Part shown: positions 1 through 9,959 of the stretch, in pieces | Position numbering within the stretch: position 1 is the stretch's first letter | Layout of the letters: every line of letters begins with the position of its first letter | Virus record (IMG/VR): IMGVR_UViG_3300037264_004862 | Span: 32,001 to 96,000 of that record | DNA from: a virus | Reading direction: 5' to 3' (one strand) | DNA: 64,000 nt | Position numbers and translations under genes: made by a program | The notes under the pieces: generated by a model | What the model was told of the DNA's origin: nothing | The model's input: the letters and a program-made list of their open reading frames with translations, nothing else | Databases searched by the model: none

Positions 1-570
1 AGATAATTCTTTACCAGTAAACCGCTTTACAATGCCACGAGCTAAACGATAAATTCCACCTTCTTCGTAGTATTGGCCTGGACTGTGTTTGCAAAACTTC
101 ATGTCTTTACCGTCTAGAGGACAAATGATTTTATCAGTTGTGAAACCAATGCTTATTTTTTTAAATAGACCTTGTTTAATCTTTTCGATAGCTTCTTCAC
201 TTTTAATTTCTAAAATCATTTCGATGTAAAACTGTTTTGATTCTTTATCGTAACGCAAAGAAGATGCGCTGATAACACCAATTGTGGCATTTGGGTTTAC
301 CCAATCATGGCCCATTAATACCGGACAACCGACGAAAGAAGCGGCATCTTCTTTCATCGCGTCCTTTTCAAATAGGAAACGATTATCCATCTTTCCTTCA
401 TAAACTGCACCAGCCCTAACGTATAGCGTTGGATAAGCTGAGTAATCATGGCGACATGGGCCGGTGCGATCCATTACAAGAGGTACAGCCACACACGCTA
501 TTGTACTAAGACTAATAATAAGTATTGGAAACCACAAATGTCGGAGCAATGATGCAATTTTATATCTCAT
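1..570 (-). CDS. Partial ORF (runs off window; absent from ORF track): HK97/assemblin-type prohead protease-like domain with N-terminal hydrophobic segment
   Basis: Manual translation from ATG 570 (AGAGG upstream): MRYKIASLLRHLWFPILIISLSTIACVAVPL...PVLMGHDW...IGVI...KISIGF...ICPLDG...CKHSPGQYY...GKELS. The H, SIG, C..CxH and ExS motifs are typical of these proteases. Confidence 0.6.
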   Translation of the reverse strand, partial: MRYKIASLLRHLWFPILIISLSTIACVAVPLVMDRTGPCRHDYSAYPTLYVRAGAVYEGKMDNRFLFEKDAMKEDAASFVGCPVLMGHDWVNPNATIGVISASSLRYDKESKQFYIEMILEIKSEEAIEKIKQGLFKKISIGFTTDKIICPLDGKDMKFCKHSPGQYYEEGGIYRLARGIVKRFTGKELS

Positions 571-580
571 AAAACCTCTT

Positions 581-904
581 TTATATCTCTGTTAGTACCT
601 TTTCGATGATACACTCTAATTGAGGCCCTATTTCATCTACTAACGAAAAATTGAATTCTTGCAGATCGTCGCTAGATGGTAAACTCTTTTCAGTAAGTGA
701 ATATACCAATCCATTCAGCAGCAACAGAGTTTGGGCATGAACAGCATCCCAAGGGCGGGGTCCCGAATTAGAGATTTCTAATAATAACCCAATTCGATAT
801 TGGGGATCAGCAATCAAGGCGGCACTAAGTATGACGAGATTATATTCAACTTGCGTTGAAGTCACCGCTACTACTTTACGCTCAATTAATTGGTATCGCC
901 TCAT
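581..904 (-). CDS. Hypothetical protein
   Basis: 107-aa ORF tiling with the 1..570 ORF. Confidence 0.55.
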   Translation of the reverse strand: MRRYQLIERKVVAVTSTQVEYNLVILSAALIADPQYRIGLLLEISNSGPRPWDAVHAQTLLLLNGLVYSLTEKSLPSSDDLQEFNFSLVDEIGPQLECIIEKVLTEI

Positions 905-949
905 CTATACGTATTTTTGGGTAAATAAGAGTATAGATATAGGTGAAAT

Positions 950-1144
950 GTGAAAAAAGCTCAGTTTAGAGACCCAAAAGGAAAGTGGCAAGCTATAAAT
1001 GTGCTTAGTCCAACCGCTGACCCAGTAAGGGCAGCCTATGACCACTGCGTAAAATTCGGCCTTGCTACTCGCGTTATTGAATTAGACGGAGACAAGGAAG
1101 CAATAGTACGCGAGTTCCGTTGTCAGAAGAAGAGCTCTCGGTGA
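950..1144 (+). CDS. Hypothetical protein
   Basis: 64-aa ORF, AGGTG upstream, tiles with the next ORF. Confidence 0.5.
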   Translation: MKKAQFRDPKGKWQAINVLSPTADPVRAAYDHCVKFGLATRVIELDGDKEAIVREFRCQKKSSR

Positions 1145-1314
1145 GCAGGCGTAAACCCGAAGAACCTAAGAAGCAAATTCCCGTACCCAAAAATTTATAC
1201 CGTTCAGTGGACCACACTGATGATGGGCGAGCGGGGTGGGAAGGCTGCATAATTCTTGTATACATAATCTTAATATTTTTAGTAGGATTGACTATAGGCT
1301 ATGGGTGCAAATAA
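1120..1314 (+). CDS. Small membrane protein
   Basis: C-terminal hydrophobic stretch CIILVYIILIFLVGLTIGYG. Confidence 0.5.
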   Translation: MSEEELSVSRRKPEEPKKQIPVPKNLYRSVDHTDDGRAGWEGCIILVYIILIFLVGLTIGYGCK

Positions 1315-2704
1315 TATGAATAACACTTATACTAGCCCCTTTGCTGATCGGTACTCTTCGAGAGCAATGCTTTCACTTTTCTCTGCTGATAGGAAATTTC
1401 AGACTTGGCGTGAATTATGGGTGGCACTAGCTGAATCAGAACAAGCGCTAGGTCTTAATATCACCAACGAACAAATTGAAGAACTTCGCTTTAGCGTTCA
1501 TGATATCAATTATGATGTTGCTAATTCATATGAAGCCAAGCTCCAGCATGATGTTATGGCACATATTAAAGCATATGGCGAGCAATGCCCTAAAGCGAAA
1601 GGCATTATCCATCTGGGCGCTACGAGTGCTTATGTTGTGGATAACACTGATCTTATTGTAATTAGAGAAGGCCTTGATCTAATTGAACGTCAGCTTACTA
1701 GTCTAATAGTGGCGTTATCGGACTTTGCAGAAAAATATGCGAGCACCCCTACAGTGGCGTTTACACACTTCCAGGCTGCTCAATTCACTTCAGTGGGGAA
1801 ACGTGCTTGTTTGTGGATCCAAGATCTCTTACTGGACCTTGAAGAAGTACAAACACGCAAGCAAAATCTTCGATTCTTAGGTGTAAAAGGTACTACTGGA
1901 ACACAAGCTAGCTTTTTGACATTATTCAATGGCGACGACAATAAAGTAAAAATTCTAGACCAAATGGTCGCTCATAAAATGGGCTTTAGTAGCACTTATA
2001 TGGTGAGCGGCCAGACTTACTCGCGCAAAATCGACGCACAAATTCAGGCCACGCTATCTGGAATTGCGGAGTCAGCCCACAAGTTCGCCAATGATATGCG
2101 ACTTCTCCAACATCTCCGTGAGATCCAAGAACCGTTCGGGAAAGACCAAGTTGGATCAAGTGCGATGGCCTACAAACGCAATCCGATGAAGAGCGAGCGC
2201 ATTACATCATTAGCGCGTTTAGTGATTTCTTTGAATACTAATGCGGCTTTTACGGCCGCATCACAATGGTTTGAAAGAACGCTTGACGATTCTGCTGGTA
2301 AACGTATTGCTCTACCAGAGGCGTTCTTGGGTGTTGATGCAATTTTGCAACTCTACTTGAACATTGTGTCAGGCATCATTGTCAATACAAACATTATCAA
2401 TACACACGTGCTAGAAGAACTTCCAGATATCGCTTCTGAGAATTTGCTCATGGAAGCAGTGAAAGCCGGTGGCGATCGTCAAGAGCTGCATGAGACAATT
2501 CGTCGTCATAAAATGTCTGGTGTTAATCTTTTAGAGGCACTTCAGAATGAAGCTCAGTTCAAAGCTGTGTGGTCGAAAGTGTCTACGCACCCATCTGAAT
2601 ATATTGGACGCTCGGCAGTACAAGTGGCAGAGTTCCTAAGTAGTCTTCTGTTATTGGAAATCCGGCGTACTGCACCAACCATAAAGTCTGAAGTCCGCGT
2701 ATAA
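1301..2704 (+). CDS. purB: Adenylosuccinate lyase
   Basis: HDVMAH, IHLGATS, FTHFQAAQ, KGTTGTQAS, GSSAMAYKRNP (fumarate-lyase signature), QWFERTLDDS. Confidence 0.95.
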   Translation: MGANNMNNTYTSPFADRYSSRAMLSLFSADRKFQTWRELWVALAESEQALGLNITNEQIEELRFSVHDINYDVANSYEAKLQHDVMAHIKAYGEQCPKAKGIIHLGATSAYVVDNTDLIVIREGLDLIERQLTSLIVALSDFAEKYASTPTVAFTHFQAAQFTSVGKRACLWIQDLLLDLEEVQTRKQNLRFLGVKGTTGTQASFLTLFNGDDNKVKILDQMVAHKMGFSSTYMVSGQTYSRKIDAQIQATLSGIAESAHKFANDMRLLQHLREIQEPFGKDQVGSSAMAYKRNPMKSERITSLARLVISLNTNAAFTAASQWFERTLDDSAGKRIALPEAFLGVDAILQLYLNIVSGIIVNTNIINTHVLEELPDIASENLLMEAVKAGGDRQELHETIRRHKMSGVNLLEALQNEAQFKAVWSKVSTHPSEYIGRSAVQVAEFLSSLLLLEIRRTAPTIKSEVRV

Positions 2705-2706
2705 GC

Positions 2707-2714
2707 CAAACATA
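2707..2714 (+). promoter_or_regulatory. YAAAYATA motif 4 nt upstream of a start codon (putative late, leaderless promoter)
   Basis: CAAACATA-ttgt-ATG(2719); identical spacing at 52013, 54304, 61439, 62873. Confidence 0.55.
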
Positions 2715-2718
2715 TTGT

Positions 2719-3147
2719 ATGTGGATACTTCATAAAGAGACCACAGGTCTCCTTTGGTTAGAATTGGAATATAAAGATGTCAGTCACTTCATACTTCCAG
2801 TATTCACAAGCCCCGATACTGCAATGGATTTCGTACAAGAAATTGAACATGAAGGTGAACGTATCGAGATGCAACACATCGAAACAACAGAAGAGCTTGC
2901 TGAAATGTTAATTATGATCCAAACTCAACCCGCTAGTGCTGTAATATTAGATCCACCACATCCTGAATCTATAACGTCTGAAAATGAGCTGTCTGAAAAT
3001 GAGCTTACATATTGGACATCAGTAGAGTTCTGTGATATTGCTGCTACTCTAGTTATGATGTCGGACACATATGACGATAAACTTATCATCGATCTCTTAA
3101 ACAGATATTTACACAACAAATTAGACCAAAGATCTACAGCTGATTAG
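2719..3147 (+). CDS. Hypothetical acidic protein (SseB-like LPVFTS motif)
   Basis: ILPVFTSPDTA ... VILDPP. Confidence 0.55.
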   Translation: MWILHKETTGLLWLELEYKDVSHFILPVFTSPDTAMDFVQEIEHEGERIEMQHIETTEELAEMLIMIQTQPASAVILDPPHPESITSENELSENELTYWTSVEFCDIAATLVMMSDTYDDKLIIDLLNRYLHNKLDQRSTAD

Positions 3148-3503
3148 GCGTTATGGCCATCTAGTCCATCATATTTGGGCACCCAAGGCTCTGCACTTAT
3201 GGTTTTTGCAACTTCATTAGAATCGATTTTCTTATCGGGTGAGCGTATGTCCACTACTTTTTTGGCGCTTGGGCCGATATCTACGAGCTTCTTAGGTTCT
3301 TTAATTAGTTCAACTTGCGCAAGCTTACGTCTCTTAACGAGTGCGACATGTGCTCGTTTTAATACTAATATGATGCCATCTTTGGTGAATTCGATGCTAT
3401 CAATGATGTGTGGCAAAGAAGGCCCGCGAGCCGTCCTAAAGGAGGCTTTCTTACCTACCATGGCTTTGATTTCTTTCAGTTCTACGTCGTCTTTAAGTTT
3501 CAT
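3144..3503 (-). CDS. Hypothetical protein
   Basis: 119-aa ORF coupled to 3500..3865. Confidence 0.55.
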   Translation of the reverse strand: MKLKDDVELKEIKAMVGKKASFRTARGPSLPHIIDSIEFTKDGIILVLKRAHVALVKRRKLAQVELIKEPKKLVDIGPSAKKVVDIRSPDKKIDSNEVAKTISAEPWVPKYDGLDGHNA

Positions 3504-3865
3504 ACATCAAATGGCGTTACATGATTAACGCTAAATTCTATTGTATCTACTAACTCTGTCATTAGATCTGGGGCAGCTACATTAATTCCTGCATCAATAA
3601 ATTTTTCGCCTTCCATATGTCTACATATTAATGTCGGATGAGTAGTTTTAGGTTGCCAAAAAAATTTAAATCTGATCGCGTTTACTGCAAAATCTAACTC
3701 GCCATATTGAGCATTATATATAATACAGCATCGGCCAGTTTTTACTTCTAGTACGTATTTTAAAGCAGCAATGAATGGACCGACTTCTACTACCTTATGT
3801 TCCATCACTCGTTCTAAATGCCGTCTGCATTTAGCATATTTATCAAGATATTCTTCTCTATCCAT
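3500..3865 (-). CDS. Hypothetical protein
   Basis: 121-aa ORF with ATGA overlap. Confidence 0.55.
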   Translation of the reverse strand: MDREEYLDKYAKCRRHLERVMEHKVVEVGPFIAALKYVLEVKTGRCCIIYNAQYGELDFAVNAIRFKFFWQPKTTHPTLICRHMEGEKFIDAGINVAAPDLMTELVDTIEFSVNHVTPFDV

Positions 3866-3876
3866 TTGAGGCCCTC

Positions 3877-4755
3877 ATGAATGCGAACAAACTGTTTAAA
3901 CTTTTAGAAAACGGCGAAGATTCATTTAATAGATTGCCACAATATAAGACGATTTTAGAGCAATCATCACGAGTGGTAATTGACTTTTCACAGTTCAAAG
4001 CTCTTGATGCATTTAGCGAGCGCGCAACAGAAACGGCGCGCGACAAAGGAATTGTTTCCCCATTTGATAACGTCTTATTAGATCTACCAGGCATTGAAGC
4101 TCCATCCATTTCAAATAGCGCTACTATTAAACAAGATTTGCTATTGCATTTGATTCCGATTCAATTAGCCACTGATATATCTACATTTAGCGTGATGTTA
4201 GTTCAAGATTTAAGAGTTATATGTAAAGACGTTTATCCACGTAGCCACCTTGTTAGTTTGAGCAAGAATGAATTGGCATCGATGCCAGTGGTAGATGAAG
4301 GGATGGCAATGCTGGGGTGCAAATGTAGTATTAAAAATCCATTTTCACATAGCCCGATTTTTAAACAGGTTCAATCGTTTACTCCAGGATTTAAAGCCGA
4401 CACTGGCTATGCAGCCTTCAATTGTCCATCTAATTTAGCTTGCTGCAAACAATTGCGTGGTAATTCTGATACTATTACTTGTATTGCAATAGCTAGTATG
4501 ATTTATATGACAATGCCGTGCCATACAATTTTACAAGTCACCGACATCGGACATCGTGAACGCCAAGGCCTGAAACAAATGCCATATTTTATCATAGTTG
4601 ATAAAGACGCAGTGGAAAACCTTAAAAACAACAAACCAACCGGACAATTAGCCTTTAATGACGGAAATGATTTTGATAAGTTTAATACAACTGAAAAGTT
4701 TGTGGTAGATAAATTTATGGTTGGTAAGACATCATACGAACAGGTTACCAAATGA
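3877..4755 (+). CDS. Hypothetical protein
   Basis: 292-aa ORF, GAGG upstream. Confidence 0.7.
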   Translation: MNANKLFKLLENGEDSFNRLPQYKTILEQSSRVVIDFSQFKALDAFSERATETARDKGIVSPFDNVLLDLPGIEAPSISNSATIKQDLLLHLIPIQLATDISTFSVMLVQDLRVICKDVYPRSHLVSLSKNELASMPVVDEGMAMLGCKCSIKNPFSHSPIFKQVQSFTPGFKADTGYAAFNCPSNLACCKQLRGNSDTITCIAIASMIYMTMPCHTILQVTDIGHRERQGLKQMPYFIIVDKDAVENLKNNKPTGQLAFNDGNDFDKFNTTEKFVVDKFMVGKTSYEQVTK

Positions 4756-5054
4756 TATGGTATGTAAGTGCGCCCCTAGCGATCGGAAATATGCCTCAAG
4801 GCCATTATGCTGAAATAGTGGGGCGCTTAAAAGATATGCTTGTCACTATCGAAGTAGAATATCACACTCCTGAGCATCGGTCGAACATCATTGAATTCTT
4901 AAAGACTTTAGGTACAGTCCAATATGACATTAATTACGATGATATTAGAATGAAATATTGGAACAAGGTCATCAAGATATTTAATAAACATGATAGAATG
5001 ACGTTCCAAGAGTGGTATAAATATTTTAATTCTAAAAATCCCAAAACTTTATGA
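4752..5054 (+). CDS. Hypothetical protein
   Basis: ATGA-coupled on both sides. Confidence 0.6.
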   Translation: MIWYVSAPLAIGNMPQGHYAEIVGRLKDMLVTIEVEYHTPEHRSNIIEFLKTLGTVQYDINYDDIRMKYWNKVIKIFNKHDRMTFQEWYKYFNSKNPKTL

Positions 5055-6031
5055 TTATACGCATTTGCAACCCAGACGGCGGTGCTTTTAAATATGTTAC
5101 TGAAGGTTTGATTAATAGTTTACGCTTGGCTGACAATGATGTAGGTCGAGTAACCACTAAAGATGTCCCACAAGACTTTGATTTGTATCTTGGATGTTCT
5201 GGCTGGAGACAACGCATTCCATCAAAAGACAAACGAAATGGAAAAATAGGTATTCATGTCAACCCATATGGACCCAAGAAAGTTGGAAATATTGACAAAG
5301 GTCCTACAATTGATGAAAGTAAAGAGGCCATTCAATGGACATTGGCGCAAAATCCGGACTTCGTATACTGTTACTGTAGTGCGACGTTTATACCAGAATA
5401 TTTCGGATATTGGACCAGCAAGCATGGCATCCCTGTCGTGCCGGTCCCTACGGCAGCCGATGTCACTATCTATAAACCTTACCAAGCCGAAGAAAGATTC
5501 AAGTGCGAAATAGGGTGGGTTGGCGGTAGGTGGCCCTATAAAGCTGTAATGTTAGAGAAATATTTAGTACCTCTAATTAAATCAAAGAAATGTATGATTT
5601 ATGGCTGGGGCAACACCTGGGGCAATAATAAAGCTATAAGCGACAAAGAAGTACCAATTTTGTTTTCATCTGCCAAAATCTGCCCTAGTATATCAGAAGG
5701 ACACACAACCGCCCACCCTGTAGACGTTCCTGAACGAGTTTTTAAAATTCCTGCGAGTGGTGGTTTCACTATCCACACTCCTAGTCCTGCTATCAATGAT
5801 TTGTTTGGGGATGTTATTCCTATGGCAAAAAACCAGAAACACTGGATGGAATTGATTGAGTTCTACCTGAAAAACGACAAAGAACGCATTACTCAAGCCG
5901 CAATGGAGCGTGCGTTGATTTTAGAAAAGCACACTTATTTCAATAGATGTTTAGAAATCGCCAATGTTATCAGCAACACAACTCTTACTGCCAATATAAT
6001 AAAAGCTAAGCAAGCTTACTTAAAGCTATAA
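5051..6031 (+). CDS. GT-B glycosyltransferase (CgeB/Glyco_trans_1_2-like)
   Basis: PTAAD..IYKP, IGWVG, IYGWG, VPERVFKIPASGGF, ILEKHTY..R. Confidence 0.75.
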   Translation: MIIRICNPDGGAFKYVTEGLINSLRLADNDVGRVTTKDVPQDFDLYLGCSGWRQRIPSKDKRNGKIGIHVNPYGPKKVGNIDKGPTIDESKEAIQWTLAQNPDFVYCYCSATFIPEYFGYWTSKHGIPVVPVPTAADVTIYKPYQAEERFKCEIGWVGGRWPYKAVMLEKYLVPLIKSKKCMIYGWGNTWGNNKAISDKEVPILFSSAKICPSISEGHTTAHPVDVPERVFKIPASGGFTIHTPSPAINDLFGDVIPMAKNQKHWMELIEFYLKNDKERITQAAMERALILEKHTYFNRCLEIANVISNTTLTANIIKAKQAYLKL

Positions 6032-7875
6032 CGTTTGCTAAACAATCCGTTAAGAATATCACAACGCTCCTTTAAGTTAAATCTACTCTGAATATCGGCA
6101 AAATAGTTCTTATTATTTTTATGTAATACATCCCAACCTGGAGTACGGTCGTGCCATAAATGGACCATCGTAACGGTGCGACTTTCAGAAAATTTAGTGC
6201 ATTCTTTTATGCGTTGGTAAAATTCACAATCCTCGACTCCATATCCCACAAAGCGTTCATCAAATCCACCTATTTTGATATAGGCACTTTTATTGATAGC
6301 TAATGAGCCGCCTTCAAAATAATCTATAGCATTTTCACATTGCTTATTGTGAGCTAATGATTGTTGTTGGTTAACTTCATTAGTAGATGACAATGTCAAG
6401 TATAGTACTTGTTTGCCAATGTGGCAACTATCATAGTTATCCAAAATCTTTGATATTTTACTAGCGTACCAACCAGGAACTACTATATCGGCATCATGCA
6501 ACAATATTTTATCATATTTCGCTTTAGAGACGCCTACATTAAAAGCATGAGCTTTATTAAATGGTGTCGCCGGTGGTGCTCCAGCTAATTTATGCCTACA
6601 TGGATAAACCATCTCGTCAGCTATGCGCAAAATTTTGTCTTGTTCAATAACTAAGATATCAATATTTGGAAATCGTTGTGCTCTAATGTTGTTGATTACT
6701 GTAGGAATTGAAGATGTTCGAAGCGGTGACATCCTGCATGGAATTACGACTGATATAGATGGCACTTCAGAAGCATTAGTGGGCTGCACATATATTTTGT
6801 TTTCTGCTAAAATTTTACGATAAATCTCTTTACTTTTAATAAAATGTGCAGTCCTGTCTTCTACGGCTGATTCTTCATTCCAAATTTTAAAATATTTTTC
6901 AGAACCCATAACATCATGGTGCCCTGCTGTTTGAATTCCAGACTTAATAACTCGTTTAGACCAATCGACATGTTCCGTACCATATATACCAAAGCGCTCG
7001 TCGAAGTAACCTACAGTCTCAAAAGCCAATTCATCAAAAGCCATAACGGAACCTTGCGGTTTGTCTTGAATTGTTTTAATATGAAGGCCTTTATGGTCAC
7101 TTTGAGCCTCATCGTGTCCTGTTGCCCCATAAATCCCAAGTTGCCTAAAACAGAAATGGTGCATCTTTGATCTGCGCATGGCATCAAAATAGAATGAGTC
7201 CCAACCTTTGCTTAATATTTCAACATCATCATTCAATAATAATTTATACTTAAATCGTGATAGACATCTTAGTAATCTGTTTGAGTTTCCGGCAATGCCT
7301 AATCTCTGATTGTTCAATAAGTATACAACATCAGTCTGTTGACTCAGCCATTCTTTGACATCGGCTGAAGTAGATTCGTCACTTATGAAAACAGTTGTAC
7401 GGTGTAAGTTAGTGTATTTGCGGATTGAATTTACTAATCGTTGAATACTACCTAGCCTATTGTAGCTCAATATGCCAATGCCAATACCATTTGAGATAGG
7501 ATAAATGTCATCTTCAATGGCTTGTTGGAATATCTTAGTGGCATTGCCACTAGCTTTATGTCCTACTGGTTTACCAGGTGTTCTAATTGATCGGTTAATA
7601 AGCCCTGCTCTCCGTACGCCTAATCTTGGTACTGTAAGGTGAGCTTTTCGAGCTGGCAATACTCGACTAGGTGTAGCCACAGCTATTTGTACACCTACTG
7701 CTTCTGATGCATTAAGATACCTTATAACTTTTAGGTATTTGGGGGTATATTTGGCTATAAACCAATCAGACAAGACGACGCGACTGTATCTTGGCACTCT
7801 TATTGGTTTTTTGTCCGGACCTATTAATTGAACCGCGAAGGGATTGGGGTTGAGATATTCGACAAGTTTTGCCAT
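6016..7875 (-). CDS. Two-domain GT2-family glycosyltransferase with basic N-terminal extension
   Basis: Domain 1: ILSYNR, SDES, LLNDDV, GYFDERFGIYGTEH. Domain 2: SVVIP, LHDADI, GGFDERFVGYGVED, HLWH. Confidence 0.85.
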   Translation of the reverse strand: MAKLVEYLNPNPFAVQLIGPDKKPIRVPRYSRVVLSDWFIAKYTPKYLKVIRYLNASEAVGVQIAVATPSRVLPARKAHLTVPRLGVRRAGLINRSIRTPGKPVGHKASGNATKIFQQAIEDDIYPISNGIGIGILSYNRLGSIQRLVNSIRKYTNLHRTTVFISDESTSADVKEWLSQQTDVVYLLNNQRLGIAGNSNRLLRCLSRFKYKLLLNDDVEILSKGWDSFYFDAMRRSKMHHFCFRQLGIYGATGHDEAQSDHKGLHIKTIQDKPQGSVMAFDELAFETVGYFDERFGIYGTEHVDWSKRVIKSGIQTAGHHDVMGSEKYFKIWNEESAVEDRTAHFIKSKEIYRKILAENKIYVQPTNASEVPSISVVIPCRMSPLRTSSIPTVINNIRAQRFPNIDILVIEQDKILRIADEMVYPCRHKLAGAPPATPFNKAHAFNVGVSKAKYDKILLHDADIVVPGWYASKISKILDNYDSCHIGKQVLYLTLSSTNEVNQQQSLAHNKQCENAIDYFEGGSLAINKSAYIKIGGFDERFVGYGVEDCEFYQRIKECTKFSESRTVTMVHLWHDRTPGWDVLHKNNKNYFADIQSRFNLKERCDILNGLFSKRYSFK

Positions 7876-8236
7876 TTATATTATGTGGACAATATCCATA
7901 CACTCCAATTGATGAATTGCAGTTCCAGCACAATAATCTATGTCTATCTTTTGGATAACCATTTCTTCTTAAATGCCTATAAATGCCAGAGCCTGCACCG
8001 TATTTTTTACGTTCTTCAGCACCATCACCAAATATGTGGTCTATCGTAAGAAATTCGATTTCATCTTCTTTACAACATACACATTTACCACCATATGCAT
8101 CGATTGTTTCGAATTTAACTTTCCATTTTTTAACGCATAGCTTACACCATGAATTAAATCCAGATTTGCGACTAGAGCGTTTATGAAATTGATTAGTTGA
8201 TTGGTTTGAACCACATTTAGAACATTGTCTAATCAT
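7766..8236 (-). CDS. HNH/endonuclease VII-like homing endonuclease
   Basis: CSKC..WCKLC, YGGKCVCC, LTIDHI, LLCWNCN, GYCPH. Confidence 0.75.
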   Translation of the reverse strand: MIRQCSKCGSNQSTNQFHKRSSRKSGFNSWCKLCVKKWKVKFETIDAYGGKCVCCKEDEIEFLTIDHIFGDGAEERKKYGAGSGIYRHLRRNGYPKDRHRLLCWNCNSSIGVYGYCPHNINGKTCRISQPQSLRGSINRSGQKTNKSAKIQSRRLV

Positions 8237-8850
8237 TTAATTCTTACTTTAGTTGGCTTTAGTTGTTTTGGTTTTAATTTAGTGACCACTTTTAAAGGTG
8301 GTTTAGTTGCTTGGCCATTTAATATAACCTTCGCAATTTTCTGAGCGGATAATACTAACCCTGTTTTAATGAGATCATTTTTATTTTTAATGAAGAAAAA
8401 TTTAGAACTTAAATCTTTAAGCTTAGGTATTGAATCAAGAAAATCCTTGCCATAGCCTTTAATAACATCTTGTGGTGGCCACTTTATCCCTGCACGTTGC
8501 TTACATTCAGAAAGAGCAGCGCCGACAAACACATACACCACGTCATGTTTATGAACTTTGGCATCAATAAAATGTGGTATCATTGATGATGCTTTAGCAG
8601 CACAAGTGTCGAATATCACTAAAGTTGAATTAGATTCCTTTGTTGCGTCCGTAAGCATGGTCTGACCTACTTCCCAAGCTGCTATGCGTGCTTGTTTTTG
8701 GTCGTCTGGCGGCATTGTTTCATATTCTGGCGGCCGTAATGAAGTAGGATCAATATTAATCACTTTGTGGTCATTAAAGTTAGTCATTAAAGCCTGAACA
8801 AAAGTGCTCTTACCTGACCATGGGTAGCCTGCAGTGAAAAGGACCGTCAT
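8233..8850 (-). CDS. P-loop kinase (AAA_33/PNK-like)
   Basis: Walker A GYPWSGKST; VIFDT; ECKQR lid. Confidence 0.75.
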   Translation of the reverse strand: MTVLFTAGYPWSGKSTFVQALMTNFNDHKVINIDPTSLRPPEYETMPPDDQKQARIAAWEVGQTMLTDATKESNSTLVIFDTCAAKASSMIPHFIDAKVHKHDVVYVFVGAALSECKQRAGIKWPPQDVIKGYGKDFLDSIPKLKDLSSKFFFIKNKNDLIKTGLVLSAQKIAKVILNGQATKPPLKVVTKLKPKQLKPTKVRIK

Positions 8851-8865
8851 GATTTTACTTACTAT

Positions 8866-9531
8866 TTAGCGCTGTACGACGTATTGCAAATACCAGCGCC
8901 GCTTTTTACGAGGCAAGACTTCGGAATCAGCTTTGCGCTGGCCACCTAATACAGCTGGTCTCATTGCGATAGCCCCAGTTGACACTGAATCTAACAATAA
9001 CTTATCAAATGCGTAGGCTACATCAGTAATTGATTCCGAAATAGGTGGTTTAAAATGGCTCCCGACATGTTTTTCTAATATAGTAACATTTTTATAGATT
9101 TGATAACTAATATTTAAAAAATTTGCTGATTCTTCTAACATCTGGGTGAAATCTCCGCTATCAGTCCATCCACGGATAGCATCACCAAGTTTATATGCCA
9201 TGTAGTTAATGCTCAGATCACTAACTGGCATAATTTCGTGCTCAGCAAGCTCAACGGGCTCAGCATTGGGCACATTTGCTACAGCGCTAATCAGAGCGTC
9301 TATATCTATCGCAGCATTCAATAACGCTTCAACGCTCTCATTTAGTACTATAAGGGTTGTTTGGCCATTAATAAAATCATATAGAGTTGCATTGAGTTTG
9401 ATAGATGGGATCATAAATCCATCTTGAGAATTTTTAGCAGATTTATTGATTAATAAATTAACGGCTTCACCAATTGACAATATGTGTGACTCTGGTTGGC
9501 TTATACTATTAGCAATGCGTTCTATGTTCAT
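8866..9531 (-). CDS. Hypothetical protein (possibly virion-internal)
   Basis: 221-aa ORF with several LxE/ISE sites. Confidence 0.6.
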   Translation of the reverse strand: MNIERIANSISQPESHILSIGEAVNLLINKSAKNSQDGFMIPSIKLNATLYDFINGQTTLIVLNESVEALLNAAIDIDALISAVANVPNAEPVELAEHEIMPVSDLSINYMAYKLGDAIRGWTDSGDFTQMLEESANFLNISYQIYKNVTILEKHVGSHFKPPISESITDVAYAFDKLLLDSVSTGAIAMRPAVLGGQRKADSEVLPRKKRRWYLQYVVQR

Positions 9532-9959
9532 TGTCCTAAACCAAGCCAGGTGGCCATTTCTTGTTTGGCTTCAGGCGAATTAGTTGAACTACGAGCGATG
9601 TGTTCTTTAGTCTTGCCTATAATAGTGACTAATTCTTGTTTAAGGTAATCAAGCTTCTTAGCTAAAGTAAAATCACTATATTCTTGTTGGATAGTAAACC
9701 TAGCAGCCTCAAGGTCGGCAGCGGCCCTTTGCAATTTCTCAACGGCTTTCAAAGCCGAGCGTACTCGTTCAGCATCTGAAGTGCCCATGGTGCCGTCTTC
9801 TTGGCCATCTCCTGACATTTCCGCATTCAAGGCAGGTTCTAGGGCCGGTGTTTGTTTCACAGGCGCAGAAGAAGCATCTCCAGCCATAGGGGCTGTTTTA
9901 AGTGTTTCTTCTTGCTCTTTTAAGAGTCGGCGCTGGGCAGATGTTAATTGTGCTATCAT
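9528..9959 (-). CDS. Hypothetical coiled-coil protein
   Basis: 143-aa ORF, ATGA-coupled. Confidence 0.6.
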   Translation of the reverse strand: MIAQLTSAQRRLLKEQEETLKTAPMAGDASSAPVKQTPALEPALNAEMSGDGQEDGTMGTSDAERVRSALKAVEKLQRAAADLEAARFTIQQEYSDFTLAKKLDYLKQELVTIIGKTKEHIARSSTNSPEAKQEMATWLGLGQ

